64,000 nt of DNA from Paraspadella gotoi (Eukaryota; Animalia; Chaetognatha). The position numbers were made by a program, and so were the translations under genes. The notes under the pieces were generated by a model. That model saw nothing but the letters and a program-made list of their open reading frames with translations. It was not told the origin of the DNA and searched no databases. The stretch covers positions 22,320,278 to 22,384,277 of the forward strand of contig CM119265.1 in the NCBI GenBank assembly GCA_051294375.1, in the 5' to 3' direction. This document shows positions 27,257 through 40,530 of this stretch, one piece after another (positions within the stretch are counted from its first letter, which is position 1; each line of letters begins with the position of its first letter).

Positions 27257-27298
<42 letters not shown>

Positions 27299-27388
27299 GA
27301 GGTGAAGGAGAGAGGGTTTTTTTTATTTAAGTAATGGACGATGGGAGAATTAACTTCCCCCTTGAGATTCTAGATTGGAACAGGAGAG

Positions 27389-27424
<36 letters not shown>

Positions 27425-27425
27425 A

Positions 27426-27471
<46 letters not shown>

Positions 27472-28559
27472 ACGCCCTGTCAGGTCATCGGATTAAGTCG
27501 GAAGGGGACGAAGGATCGAAATCGCCTCATCTTTTCACCGACGTCGAATTCAGAAGGAAATCAAGTTTTTTTTGTTTTTTTAAATCTTTTTTTTTTTTCA
27601 TTGCTGTTGCTTTATTTTATCTGACTTTTATTCTTTAAGCTGCATATTAAAAACATCTGTCATGCTTCTTTTATTCTTTTATTCTTTTTTTCTTTCTTTC
27701 TTTCTTTCTTTCATTTCTTTTTTTTTTTCTTTCCCCTTTTCTTTCTTTCTTTTTCTTTCTTTTTCTTTTCTTTCTTCTTTCTTTTTCTCTTTTCTTCTTT
27801 TTCTTTTTCTCTTTCTTTTCTTTCTTTTTCTCTTTCTTTTCTTCTTTCTATTTCTTTTCTTTTTTCTTTCTTTTTTTTCCTTTCTTTCTTTTTTTTTCTT
27901 TCTTTCTTTTTTTCTTTCTTTTCTTTTTCTTTTTTTCTTTCTTTCTTTCTTTCTTTCTTTTCTTTGCTTTTCTTTTTTCCTCTTTCATATCCTTTCATTG
28001 TTATTTCCACTATCATTCTTGGCTTCTTTCCCTTCCTTCGTCGCCAAATCAATTAAATCTCATTTTTCAAACGTCTTTTTATTTTTTTTTTTAGTTCAAA
28101 TTAAAAACAAAAGTCGATGGTTTTTCGAGAAGCAAAACTTGTTTCTGTCAAAATTCCGTCCGACTCATTTACTTTTTTTGATAAAGTAAACAAAATTTTT
28201 TCCAAACAGATGTAAACAGATAAAAGTCGTTTTCGGTTATCAGTTATACCGTCAATCCATTTCATCTCAGTAAAACTTAATAACTCGGTGATTTAATTGG
28301 TAATCTCTCGAATCTACGACAGACAGTAATCTCGTTCAAAATCAAAAAATTGATTAAACTCCTACGTCATCAAAGTCCGCTGCTGCCGTTTCAACCTCCG
28401 CCGCATTCCGCCGCAATCAGTCGCAGCGGCAGCAGCAACCGTTACCGCCGCAGCCTAAAACGCTTTCGTCATTCGTCATTCGTCGTCATCGTCGAAAGAA
28501 ACCAAATTTCCTCTCATCTCTTTTTTTTTTTACTTGATTTTCGTTTTCCTTCTTATTTT

Positions 28560-28882
28560 CTTTCTCGCTCCATCTTTCTATTCTCTCTTGCATTTCCTCA
28601 TTTCTTTCTTTCGTCTTTTATTTTCTTTCTCGCTCCATCTTTCTATTCTCTCTTGCATTTCCTAATTTCTTTCTTTCGTCTTTTTATTTTCTTTCTCGCT
28701 CCATCTTTCTATTCTCTCTTGCATTTCCTCATTTCTTTCTTTCGTCTTTCTGCCTCTCTCCTGTTCTACTTCTCTATCCCGTCTCACTTCCTACCTCTCT
28801 CCCTTTCTTCCTCGCTTCCTTTCTTACTTCCTACCTCTCTCCTGTTCTTCTTCTCTATCCCGTCTCACTTCCTACCTCTCTC
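28560..28882. repeat. Pyrimidine-rich minisatellites (~63-65 bp x3, then ~75 bp x2)
   Basis: CTTTCTCGCTCCATCTTTCTATTCTCTCTTGCATTTCCT occurs three times. CTCTCTCCTGTTCT.CTTCTCTATCCCGTCTCACTTCCTACCTCTCTC occurs twice. Confidence 0.85.
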
Positions 28883-29029
28883 TTGTTTTTCCTCTCTAAC
28901 TTCCTATCTCTCTCCTCCTCTTCCTCTCTTCCTCTCTCACTCCTCTCTCCTTCCTCTTCGACTCCAACCAAATGACTGATCGAATGACCGACTTAAAAAT
29001 TCCTCGACGCCTCGCAGCCACGGGCGCCA

Positions 29030-29089
<60 letters not shown>

Positions 29090-29612
29090 CTTCGCACCAT
29101 AAACCGCATTTCAGACATCATTTCCTTGTTCTTAGAGTCTTTAAGTTTCCTTCTCTCTTTCAATTTCTTTTCAATGTTTTTCTTTTCAACCTTGAAGGAA
29201 AAATAATTTTTTTAGAAGGAATTTAAAATTTGAACCAAAGTTTTATTTTTCGTTGTATCTTTTTTTTTCGTTTATTTCCTCTACATTTTTTTAAAGTTCT
29301 TTATTTATTTTTAAATATTTAAATAGTTTTCTCTGTGTTTAATTTCCTTTTTTTTTTATCATTCGCTCTTTGCTTTTCATTAATTTCTTTTACCTTTGTT
29401 CCTAAGTTCTTCTTTTTTATTTTCTTTTATTTTTAAAAACTTTTTATTCACCTTCACATTTTGCACTTTTTCCATTTATACTTATCTTATTTCTCCTCTT
29501 TATTTCCTTTCCTCCCCTTTTCTTTTTTTCCTCTCCGTTTCTTCCTTCACCGCAATATTTTTCACGATGATTTAAGCTTCGATTCGATTTCCTCATTTTT
29601 CCATCTCATTTT

Positions 29613-30016
29613 TAGTTGCGCCGCGAGTACTCGCAGAGCAACTCTATAAGTCACTTTTCGGTCGGTCGGTCGGTCGGTCGATCTGTCCGTCCATCAGTAT
29701 GTCTGCACGTCGGTCTGTCTCACTTATGTTAAAAATGCTCATAGCTTGCATATAGTTGGTTTCTCTTTTGTTAAGACAGGAAAAAACCTCAATTCTAAGG
29801 GACTGCTAGCGCCGCCTTTAGGAAATAAAAGACAATAGACAAAAGACAAAATTCCAAAGCAGTACTTGTCATAAATACACGGGCTAAGAAAGTTATTGAA
29901 GCCATGTAGTCATATCATGTCACGTCGTCATGTCATCTAAATGTCATATCATATCACAAGAAACAAACGTGATAAAGCAGTCTCTGCGGCGCAACATATT
30001 TGAATTACCGTTCTTG
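29613..30016 (+). mobile_element. Helentron-associated non-autonomous element (HINE/DINE-1-like), copy 2
   Basis: TTTT|TAGTTGCGCCGCGAGTACTCGCAGAGCAACTCTATAAGTCACTT, then a (GTCG/GTCC/GTCT)n tract, the 3' subTIR GCGGCGCAAC (reverse complement of 5' GTTGCGCCGC) and a TCTTG|TTTT end. Confidence 0.8.
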
Positions 30017-30702
30017 TTTTTTTCTTTTTCCTTTTTTCTCTTCGGTTATTCCTCTTTTTTTTTCTGTTCCTCTTCGCCTTCCTCCTCTTTGGCCTTCTCC
30101 CTCATCTCCTCCCTCCTCTCCTCTCTCTCCCTCCGCTCCCTCTTCCTCCTCTCCTCCCTGCCCACTCCCCCCTCCACTACCGTCGAATCGCGTCCGGGCT
30201 CGTTTCCTTTTGATGGCATGATATTNNNNNNNNNNNNNNNNNNNNNNNNNNNNNNNNNNNNNNNNNNNNNNNNNNNNNNNNNNNNNNNNNNNNNNNNNNN
30301 NNNNNNNNNNNNNNNNNNNNNNNNNNNNNNNNNNNNNNNNNNNNNNNNNNNNNNNNNNNNNNNNNNNNNNNNNNNNNNNNNNNNNNNNNNNNNNNNNNNN
30401 NNNNNNNNNNNNNNNNNNNNNNNNNNNNNNNNNNNNNNNNNNNNNNNNNNNNNNNNNNNNNNNNNNNNNATTTCTGTGAACCGGTTCACTTGCTCCGTGA
30501 TCACCGCGTCCTGAACTCGGAATTGAAGGTTCGAACTGAGAAGAGTCTTAAATTGACGATGACGAAATGAAATTTTTTTTCAACTTGTAATAATAGACCT
30601 TACCTTACCTTACCTTACCTTACCTTAATGCGTAGTTTAAGATTGTTGAAGCTTTTGTCGTCCCTTGGAGTTGGCCCAGGGAGTAGCACCCAATTGGCCC
30701 GG

Positions 30703-30801
30703 CCTGCACCGCTGCAGTTTGACAGGTTGGCTGCACCACTGCAGGTTGACATTTTGGTTGCACCGCTGCAGGTTGACTGCATGGCAGTAGCCACTGCAGT
30801 C
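30703..30801. repeat. ~27-bp minisatellite (CTGCACCGCTGCAGGTTGAC...) x3-4
   Basis: Read directly. It is preceded by (CCTTA)6 at 30598-30627. Confidence 0.75.
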
Positions 30802-31798
30802 GCACCTTTATCTCGGGCGTGTCAGTCTGGGGGTGCCACGTGATTTTTTTGGTTTAAATTTGATGGAAAAACCGAACTGAAGTTAACGTTGGTTTTTGGT
30901 ATTTGATTGAACAGAAAATTGAATATTTTACTAAACGAGAAAATACATCGGAAAAATATGTTTGTTTTTTTTTTTACAGTTTTTTTCAGGGTTTACCTGA
31001 AAAACCGAATTAAAAAAAATAAATATAAGAAGAAGTAAGAAAAAAAGAGAAAAGAAATGAAAAGAAAAAAAAAAGAAAAATGGCGCCGAGTTCCTTCATT
31101 TTTTTTTCCGTCGGCCTAATTTGCAAATGAAGAAGTCGCTTGAAGAAACTTCTCTCCTCCTTTAACTGGTTAGGAATCCCCGGGAAATTTATCACCGAAT
31201 CGGGTGATTGATCACCGGAGAATCATCACCCGAAGGTGAGATCGATAACCCTTTTTTTGAGATCTAATCAGTGTCTCATGGTGAAAGAAACCGTGTAATT
31301 GAGAAAAACTGTGCACAATGTACTATTCACTCTTAAAATATGACCTGAACATAACATTTACGTAACCCGTGAACGATGAACACTAAAATTTATCGACACA
31401 TATTATGCATTCCTACGATCTGTGTATGAGGCACTTTTTCAGCTCCCTCGCCAGCAATGGAATGGGTTTTGGGCTTGAAACCAGACTTGAAGTCGCTTTA
31501 CGGTTCTCCTCGCGACACCTGGTGGTCGTAAATTCAATAAGACACCGGGTCACGACTGAGGGAACGAAGTCTATCGATTTGGTGAATGTTGGCAATGCCC
31601 GCTACAGATCTACCATTTCAAACGAATCACCCGATGGTTCGAAGCGTCGCTTGAAAAGAATCACACTGCAGTGAGATCCATCACTCTTGACTCTTAAACC
31701 TCGCGGGAGAAATTGAGACAGATCATTCTCTCGTTTCGTCCCTCAAGACTTAAACCCTAAAAACGAAGATCGAAACAAAAGAGCAACGAAGCGAACAA

Positions 31799-31877
<79 letters not shown>

Positions 31878-32035
31878 CGGACCAGTCGTCTCTGAACTGG
31901 CGCACGAATCCTAGAAGACCCATGAAACAGTCATATATCAAACCCTAAAGTTGCTTTTCTTCTGCAAGACAGGGGAGAAGAAAGAAAGAGAGAAAGATAA
32001 AAAGAGACAGAAAAAGAGAAGGAGAGAGAGAGAGA

Positions 32036-32083
<48 letters not shown>

Positions 32084-32589
32084 ATCATTTTTCCTCGTTA
32101 CACATCTGAAATTATCTCGGTGCTACAGGGATTTCATAAATAAAAAAAAAACTTGATCTGAATAATTTTGAAATGAAAAAAAATTGATAATTAGGTTATT
32201 TTTTTCCAGATTAACGATGGTAAAAATCACATTAACCTATTTTTTTTCTGTAAGAGAATGAAACCTTAATAAAAAATCTAAAAAGAGAAAAGCGATGACG
32301 TCGCCCGTAAGAGGAGAATTTGAGGCGAAATCCCCGGATGTGAAAGAATCGATGGAACGAGAGGTACGAAATTTGATTAGAGGAAATAGATTCCGTTAGG
32401 GGCGCGAGTCCTCATCCCCCTTAAACGATCCCATTGGTTGAGGGGCGGTCGACGCACCTTCGAAGGTGGTTGGTTGGATGGTTGGATGGTGAACTCGATT
32501 GGTAGACAAGATTCGTGGATGGCGCTCAATTATGATTCATGATTATCTGGGGGTTAGTGATTTTCTTTCATAAATACGAATATATATCT

Positions 32590-32687
32590 GTGGTCATGAG
32601 CTGATGGCATTACTCAATGAGCCACCGGTCACAACTGAAAGAGTCATGCTTATAGGCGGGGTGAACCTCAGGCAATGCCCGACTACA
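32590..32687 (-). mobile_element. tRNA-derived SINE-like repeat, copy B (5' part)
   Basis: The reverse complement reads TGTAGTCGGGCATTGCCTGAGGTTCACCCCGCCTATAAGCATGAC..GACCGGTGGCTCATTGAGTAATGCCATCAGCTCATGACCAC. Confidence 0.75.
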
Positions 32688-32714
32688 TATCTTTACGATT
32701 CGATTGGGTTTTAT

Positions 32715-33335
32715 ATGTGTTTTATTCGTTTACAACAATTAGTTGAAAACAGTACATTCAAAAGGGCATACAGCATTACAGATAACGCATAAATTGTACA
32801 GTTTACAATTCAACAAAATATAATAATTTAAATTAACAGAACGAAAAAAGAAAAAAATCAACAATAAGCTGACAAGATTTTTAGAATATTGTTTCTAGAG
32901 GAAAAAAGCTGGATTCAAAGTTTTTTGATCTACAAGCAAAAAATTTATAGATATCATTATATCCAAATGAGGACCTTAATATCGTACACTCTCCATCTAT
33001 TCCTACCAAAATTTTTCTAATGCCATCATTTATTGCTACATTTACTTTGGTCATATCTTTTGCAAGATACTCTTTCACTTCACTTCCGTAGTAAGTATTG
33101 TGACACAATTGGTGTAGTACAAACGCATTAAAACTTTCTTCTGAGGTTTATATAAGGAATTAAGGAGACAATTGCTTAGAGCGGTAGAAAGAGGATAACT
33201 CAGATAGATGGGTCAAAGACAAATGCTTTTTCATTACTAAGATTAAAACCGAGATATTTCCATCGGTCTACGAATTCAATGATATTTCCTTTAATTAGTA
33301 AAGAATCTTTGTTGATACTTATAGATAGTTCTGAT
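32715..33335 (-). mobile_element. Degenerate non-LTR retrotransposon (LINE) fragment: RT C-terminus plus 3' UTR
   Basis: The minus strand encodes IKGNIIEFVDRWKYLGFNL (WKYLG at 33262-33248). With frameshifts it continues SFYRS..LMRLYYTNCV..YGSEVKEYLAKDMTKVNVAINDGIRKI..LRSSFGY, typical of the LINE RT thumb. A T-rich 3' UTR ends near GAATAAA. Confidence 0.8.
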
Positions 33336-33378
33336 TTAAAAAAAAAAAGAAAAGAAATGTGAGTAGCATAACGAGAAA

Positions 33379-33582
33379 TATAAGCTTGTAACCTTCACTC
33401 GTGACCCGGTGGCTCATTAAGTAATTCCATCGGCATCGATCCCCATTGGTACCTCTCCTGCGGGAAGCGTGGGGATGGCCGTAAATCGCCTTGGGGGCCT
33501 GAAAACCCTCAAGCCTGGTTTCAATCCCAGGACCCGTTCCATGGCTGAGTTAAAGAAGTTGCGGATAGCACTCTTCAGCCCA
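33379..33582 (+). mobile_element. tRNA-derived SINE-like repeat, copy C
   Basis: TATAAGC..CCTTCACTCGTGACCCGGTGGCTCATTAAGTAAT..CCTGCGGGAAGCGTGGGGA..GAAAACCCTCAA..CCCAGGACCCGTTCCATGGCTG..CTCTTCAGCCCA. Confidence 0.7.
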
Positions 33583-34334
33583 ATTTGCACATTCCAGCTG
33601 TCGCCATCCGATCAAATAGTTTCATACACCAACTCGATCAAACGAATTAATTTCGAGTGAACTCTCACGTTCACACGCCTTTTTCGATCACTCCTGCTCC
33701 GTCTCATGCTCAGTGCTCAAACTTCCCCACACATGTACGCAGCCCCCCCCACACACACAGAAAGGTTCCCACTTTCCCTCCGAGTGAAATTTCCTTCCGC
33801 ACTTCAATTTCGCGCCAAAACTGGCGGCTTCTCTTTCCTCAAAATGGCGTCGAGATTTCGAGATTATTTTCTTCTTTCTCTAAATTATTTCTTTATAAAG
33901 CCTTATTCATTTTTTTAAAATTCTACCTCGTCACCTTGTCCATTAATTTTAAATAAAAGTAGAGCCTATACTATCTCACAGTTATTTGGAAAAAATATCA
34001 TTTCAAAGAGCGTTTACTTCTTTATCTTTCCTTGCCATTTGCTTTAGCGGTGGATCATACGAAAAAAATTTGAAAAAACACAAATAGTGGAATTTGCAAA
34101 TTGATACTTTGTTCATAACCGTTATCTTTCACTCTATTTTAAAAGAATCATTTGGTGATCAGTAATCAGTAATCTTACTGGATAAAAAAACAAAATATAA
34201 GCATAAAAATACAATAGAAATATAAAAAAAATCAATTTTTAATCTTTACCCAGGAAGATTGGGGAATTGGGGAAAATACGAAATCAGAGAGACGAAAAGA
34301 GAGAATCGAGGTGGAGATGAATGGCGACCATTAA

Positions 34335-34406
<72 letters not shown>

Positions 34407-34555
34407 CTCTCTCTCATTTCAGCGCCTCCCGCCAAACGCTCTCCATTTTTTCCTGGCATTTGTGCCCTCCTCGTTTTTCTCCATTATCTTATTGTCTTTC
34501 CAATCTTCTCTTTTACTATCTCCTAGTTTTTTTATCGTCTCGTGCCTCGTCTTCT

Positions 34556-34598
<43 letters not shown>

Positions 34599-35188
34599 TG
34601 AACAACAAAACCGATTTCGTCGTCATGCGTTCTCTGACTCCGCCGTCTTTAAAACGAAAATAGAACTTGTGGAAAACAGAAGAAAGTAATACAAACAGAA
34701 AAACAAAAAACTCAGTTTTAGTAAAACGATTAACATGGTTCGATGGCTCACGACGGATAAGCTGAAATGTATTATCTTTTTAATAGTAGTATCTATAGCA
34801 TCTATTCATATATATGCGTTTAGTAATTGTGAAAAATTTATCAACTGTCAGACTGACTAAAAAGATTCATATTGAGCCGAGTAAGTCTGCTTTTTTAGAG
34901 ACTAAAGAAATACGCTAATTTTTCCATTTTTAAGCAGTTTTTGAAAAGTTGGCAGTAATTGTTTTTTTAATATTAGGAATATTGTAAAAAATCTGGTCAT
35001 GGGTGAGAACACTGAGAGGCATTTTAAACACAACTACTAAGCGAGATCAAGAACTTTAAATTTTCTGGCTCGGTCTACTGAACCTAGATTCTAGTTTCTT
35101 GGCTAGAAAGTCATACAGAGAGAAACATAGAGAGAGATATATATATATCTGCATAATTATATATAAATATTTCATACATTCTTTTTAA

Positions 35189-35596
<408 letters not shown>

Positions 35597-35660
35597 TAGC
35601 TTTTCTGGACGAGTTTGTTTTTAATGACTTGGTTTGAGGGAGAATAGAATTGATTCCGAA

Positions 35661-35735
<75 letters not shown>

Positions 35736-35783
35736 AGAAATATTGAAAGATCGTTAACGGGTTGATTGGATTTTATCAGCTGG

Positions 35784-35814
<31 letters not shown>

Positions 35815-36000
35815 AGAGAGAGAGAGGAGAGAGAGAGAGAGGAAAGCAAGAAATATTGAAGATCGTTAACGGCGTTGATTGATTTTTATCAGCTCGGAAA
35901 ATTAAAAATAATAAATACTCGTAAAAATAAAAATTAAACTTCAAACGTCAGTCACGCATAGCATCTATTTCAATTAAAAGTGTGAGTACTTCCACTTGGT

Positions 36001-36248
36001 GGTTGTGGGAATATGGATAAGGCGCTAAGTGGGTTGAAGTCTCTTCAATGAAGAGTGCCATCCGCAACTTCTTTAACCCCTCGAGCAGCCATGGAACGGG
36101 TCCTGGGCTTGGCACCAGGTTGAGGGTTTTCCACGCCAACAAGGCAGTTGACGGTAGTCCTCACGTTTCCCGCGGGTCAGGAGCTGATGGTATTACTCAA
36201 TGAGCCACCGTGTCACGACTGAAAGTGTCATGCTTATAGGCGACTACA
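36001..36248 (-). mobile_element. tRNA-derived SINE-like repeat, copy D
   Basis: The reverse complement reads TGTAGTCGCCTATAAGCATGACACTTTCAGTCGTGACACGGTGGCTCATTGAGTAATACCATCAGCTC..CCCAGGACCCGTTCCATGGCTG..GCGCCTTATCCA. Confidence 0.75.
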
Positions 36249-39200
36249 GGGTCAGTCTTGAAGGAACCCCTTCACTCAGTCTATCCTTGCTTCGGAATTC
36301 TTATTCGCTGAATCTGAATCAAAACTCTGAATCGGGCGGAGCTTAACCTACGATTTATTTATTGTTTTCCCCTTTTGGGTTTTAGTCAGAAATCGTGATT
36401 TTATTGTTTTGCTCTTTTGTTGAGTCCATCCTTTTGTTCCTTTGTTTATTTGTTCCTTTATGCATTTTTCATTTGTCTGGCTTTGGTTCTTTCTATTCTT
36501 TTTTTTTTCTTTGTTTTTTTTGTCTGTTTCTTTGGGTCTTTCTTTCTTTCTTTTATAAACTGCTCTCTTAGCTCACCCCACCTTCAATTTGGTCAATCCA
36601 TCAGTTGCTTTGCTTTACCAATTCGTTTCGGATCTTCGATAGTTGAAGATGGCGCACAAAACAGTATTTCAAAGTAACAAAAGTTGGGGGGGGGGAAAGA
36701 GACAAAGTCGATCTCAAGAAGAGAGGAAAATGAAAATGATCAAGATTAGTGAAAGAGGAGTAGGAAGGTTAAAAATAAGAGGAGGGACAAAGAGAAGAGA
36801 GTTTAAAAGACTTGAAAAAAAAAGAAAGGAAATGCTGTGAAATGGAGAATGGAAACGGGGAATGGTGATGGAGTACGCTGGAAGAGGATGGTGAATGCTG
36901 GAGAAGGAAATACTTGATCACCATCAACGGAGTTTTAAAGAAAAGGGAAATAAATGAGATTTAGAAAAAAGTGACAATCTGCGGTGACGGGTCGCGATGA
37001 AAAACCTTCAAAGCTTTGGCAACAAAAAAATTTTTTTGTTAAAAGGCTTTGAGAAAAGATCACGTTTTGGCGGGGGAACTTTGAGAGGGTGATGTATATT
37101 TGCACGACGCGACGCGGAAATGCTGCGTCTCAAGGTAGAGGCAAAGGATTATGCAGCAATAGTATTGTGAACTTTTGGGATCCGAGTGATGCTTGGGCGT
37201 TACCTAAGGTGCCACGAACAAAATCGGTCGTAACGTGACAGCTCCGCTAAAATAGGTTGAGCGTGACAGAGTGAATTGATAAGGTTGCAGGCGAGGCTGG
37301 TTAGGCGTAACAGGATTGAGTAGCGACGAACAAAGAAAGAGAATTCGATTAACCTTTTTGTTCATGGAACCAGCGCCAAATCGATGGAAAGGCCACCCAA
37401 CGCTCTCTCTCTCTCTACTCTCTTCTCTCTCTCTCTTTTTCTCTCTCTCGCCTCTCTCTCTCTCCATCCTTATTTTACGCCCCAGGCCAACTCAGCCACG
37501 TTCACCCTCTCGCATTTATTTTCTTTTTTTTTTCCTTCCTTCTTTTATGGCTTTTGGTTCAGGTGTCCGCGTTTCTTTACTTTTCTTTTTTCTTTTTCTT
37601 TTCCTATTTTTTTTTTAAATCTTTTTGTTTTCTTTTCTTTCCTCCGCTTTCCATCTTATCCCACACTGTATTTTCTTTTCTTCTCTGTTTGCTTGTAAAC
37701 TTCTCACCCTTTCTTTCTCCCTCTACAAAGAATTTACTAAAGGTGTCATCACTCACTTTTTTTCTCTCTTTCTTCTTTTTAATCTTTACTCTTCTCCCCT
37801 CCCCCACGACCCCTCCCATCGTTTTTTTTTCCCCTTTCTTTCTCTTCGCCGGACGAATTGCGTCATTCATGAGTCTTGGGTTTTTTATCTTCGTGAGAAA
37901 CGACCAGACTTTACCTACTGTTCAGAGTTCACAGCGTTCACGAAAACGTTTTTCACGTCCAAAAAGACTTTGTTTGTGGAACCGATTTCGTTTAAATATG
38001 AGCGTGTGGACGCAGATAATTTGGTCTTTTTCTTGCCATGAATTAATGATGAAACAAATTTAGTGATTTCTCCCTCAAAATAAATTTCTTTTCTTTTCTA
38101 TTTGTAGACCCAAAACGCTTTCGTTTTTCAAGAATTTACTCTTCATTAATTTAATCATTATTTATTCATCCGTTTATGAATTAACTTTTATTCATTCCCC
38201 CATCTTAAGCCATTAGCCATAACGTTCTCAAAAGTCGTTTAGAAACCACTAGAATTTGAATGAGTGCTATTCAAAAACTTTTATCGGCTGTTTTCGGCAC
38301 GCTACTTCCGCCATTGGATTTTATTTTTCATAACTATAAACTATATCCAATGATAAAGTTGCCAAAAACAAACTCCGCAATAAAGTGTCGGGAAGAAACT
38401 GTCATGAAGATTCATCGTCGGACTTTTATTCATTTGAATATTTTTTCATTAACAAATAATACATTTCACCACGTGTCTCTTCATTTATTATTCATTGATT
38501 GATTTTTATTATTCAATGTCTTTCCTTTTCAGCTTTCATGAGTTTTTAATAATTATACTATCCTTTTTTATTTCTAATTAAACCTATCGTATAGCCTAAC
38601 TCTTTAATCAATGCTTCATCCCAAAAAAAAAGGTTCTCATTCAAAATCTCTACCCCGATTATTCACCACTCGTGGCCCAAAAATCAAATTCGTAGCCGGA
38701 AACCATTAAACCGACGTCGCGCAACATATTTTCCCTAAGATTTCGTTTTCACGCCGTCGCCGTTGATGTTATCATCCGGAGTTTTTCACGGAATCCGGAT
38801 GATCTTCTCCTGGTATCCTGTTCCCACCCCCCCCCCTCTAACGCAAGAGCCTCCTTCTGAAAATATTCAAGTGGCACCATTCGAAACCCGAGTCTCGGCC
38901 CTCGCAAATTAAATGGACTAAAAATCACTGGGCGTCGAAAACGCCAGGGAGGAGAGGAGAGAGAGAGGAGACGAGAGAGAGAGAGAGAAGAGAGAGCAGG
39001 AGAGAGAGAGAGAGTGTACTATAAAAAATATGAAAGATACTTGAGCGAGATTAGAGAATGAAGTAGAAAGAAGAAATAGATGCTTAATCTTTTACTTCCA
39101 ACTTCAATAGTATTTTTGTTTTGTTTTGCAGTCTCTTTTATTTCCATTTTCTTACATTTTCTTTTCTTTTCCATTTCTTTGATTCTTTCCTAACCGTAAT

Positions 39201-39351
39201 TTCTCTTTTTCTATTCACTCTTTCTTTTCTTTTCACCAATAAAATCCACCACTTATTTTTGACCTTCCCTTCTCCCTTCTCCCTTCTCCCTTCTCCCTTC
39301 CCCCTCTCACTCTCCCTTCTCCCCCCTCGCTCGCTTCCCCTTTTCTCACAG

Positions 39352-39436
39352 CCACCGGGATTTGAAGCCGGAAAATCTTTTGCTCGACGAACAGAATTCC
39401 ATAAAAATCGCGGACTTTGGAATGGCGTCGTTGCAG
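39352..39436 (+). CDS. BRSK: BRSK/SAD-1 kinase, coding exon 4
   Basis: CACAG|C CAC CGG GAT encodes (C)[28 protein letters not shown], with the HRD and DFG motifs; donor CAG|GTGGGT. The ORF track misses this frame. Confidence 0.97.
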
Positions 39437-39635
39437 GTGGGTGGATGTCGTCGTCGTCGTTGTCGTCGTCGTCGTCGTCGTCGTCGTCGTCTTGTAGTTG
39501 GGGTCTCGCCGTTCTGATGCTTAGATATATTGCAATTGTTTAGTTATTGTCAAAATCGTATTCGTTTTCGTTGCAGATGTAGTACGTTCCTCATTGTTTT
39601 CCGATTGATGAGAAAATGAATCTGGAATTGCTTTT

Positions 39636-39688
<53 letters not shown>

Positions 39689-40293
39689 TATCATCATCAT
39701 CATCGTCGTCGTCGTCGTCTGCGTCATTGTCATGGCGCAAAGTTGACGTTAGTCATTTTCATTATGGTAGTTTAACTGTGACCATCAATTCATTTAAGTC
39801 AGTAATGGGCGTCGCCTTCGTCACAAACGGAAGTCCATTGTCGTCGTCGTCGTCCCCGCCGCCGCCGCCATTTTTCTTGATAAGACGACGACGGCGCCCT
39901 CTGCAGGGATGTCCTTCAGCCTCGCCGATTTCTCTTTCCCCTTTTTTTTTATACTAGAGCCTTTTATTTCCCCCGAAAGAGCAGTGACCTTTTTTTTTCT
40001 AAAGGTCCTTTTTTCCCCTCATATAACGAAAATCCCGAGCGATGGCGTTTCGTTTGGCTCCCGACCGGTCTCGCCTTTGTTGTCGGGGTCGTCGTCGCTA
40101 TTGGTGTTGGAGTTGTTGTCGTTGTTGTTGTTGTCGTTGTCAAGGACGTGGTCGTTTATTCTCATCATCGTCGTCGGCAGTGTTTTTCTCGTCGTCGTCG
40201 TCGTCGTCGTCGTTGTTGTCGTTGTTGTCGTCGGGGGGTAAAAAATACAGTGGAAAAATAAAAGGAGCGTAGTATTCCCCGATCTAATACTTA

Positions 40294-40530
40294 AGGGAGT
40301 GGTCCTTTATACAGTTGAAACATTCTTTGAAACATTATACCACTTCATTGATAGGGAAGCCAGGTACTCTGGGAGTGAATAAACGAGACTCTGAGAGAGT
40401 CTTGATTGAAAGCTTGTAAGAGTGATGGAGGCCTTAAATCCACAAAGCCTGTCCAAAGTCAGGGGCAAGATAGCTTATTTATTTAATGAATTGATAATTT
40501 TTATATTGGTTGTACCAATTTCATAGAACA
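40294..40530 (+). repeat. Unclassified interspersed repeat, copy 2 (longest)
   Basis: Homologous to 18055-18257 and 55267-55460. Confidence 0.7.

Noticed and set aside
30598-30627. (CCTTA)6 as an interstitial telomere
   Set aside because: The unit is TAAGG on the other strand, not the TTAGG or TTAGGG telomere repeat. It is more likely a microsatellite or retroposon tail.
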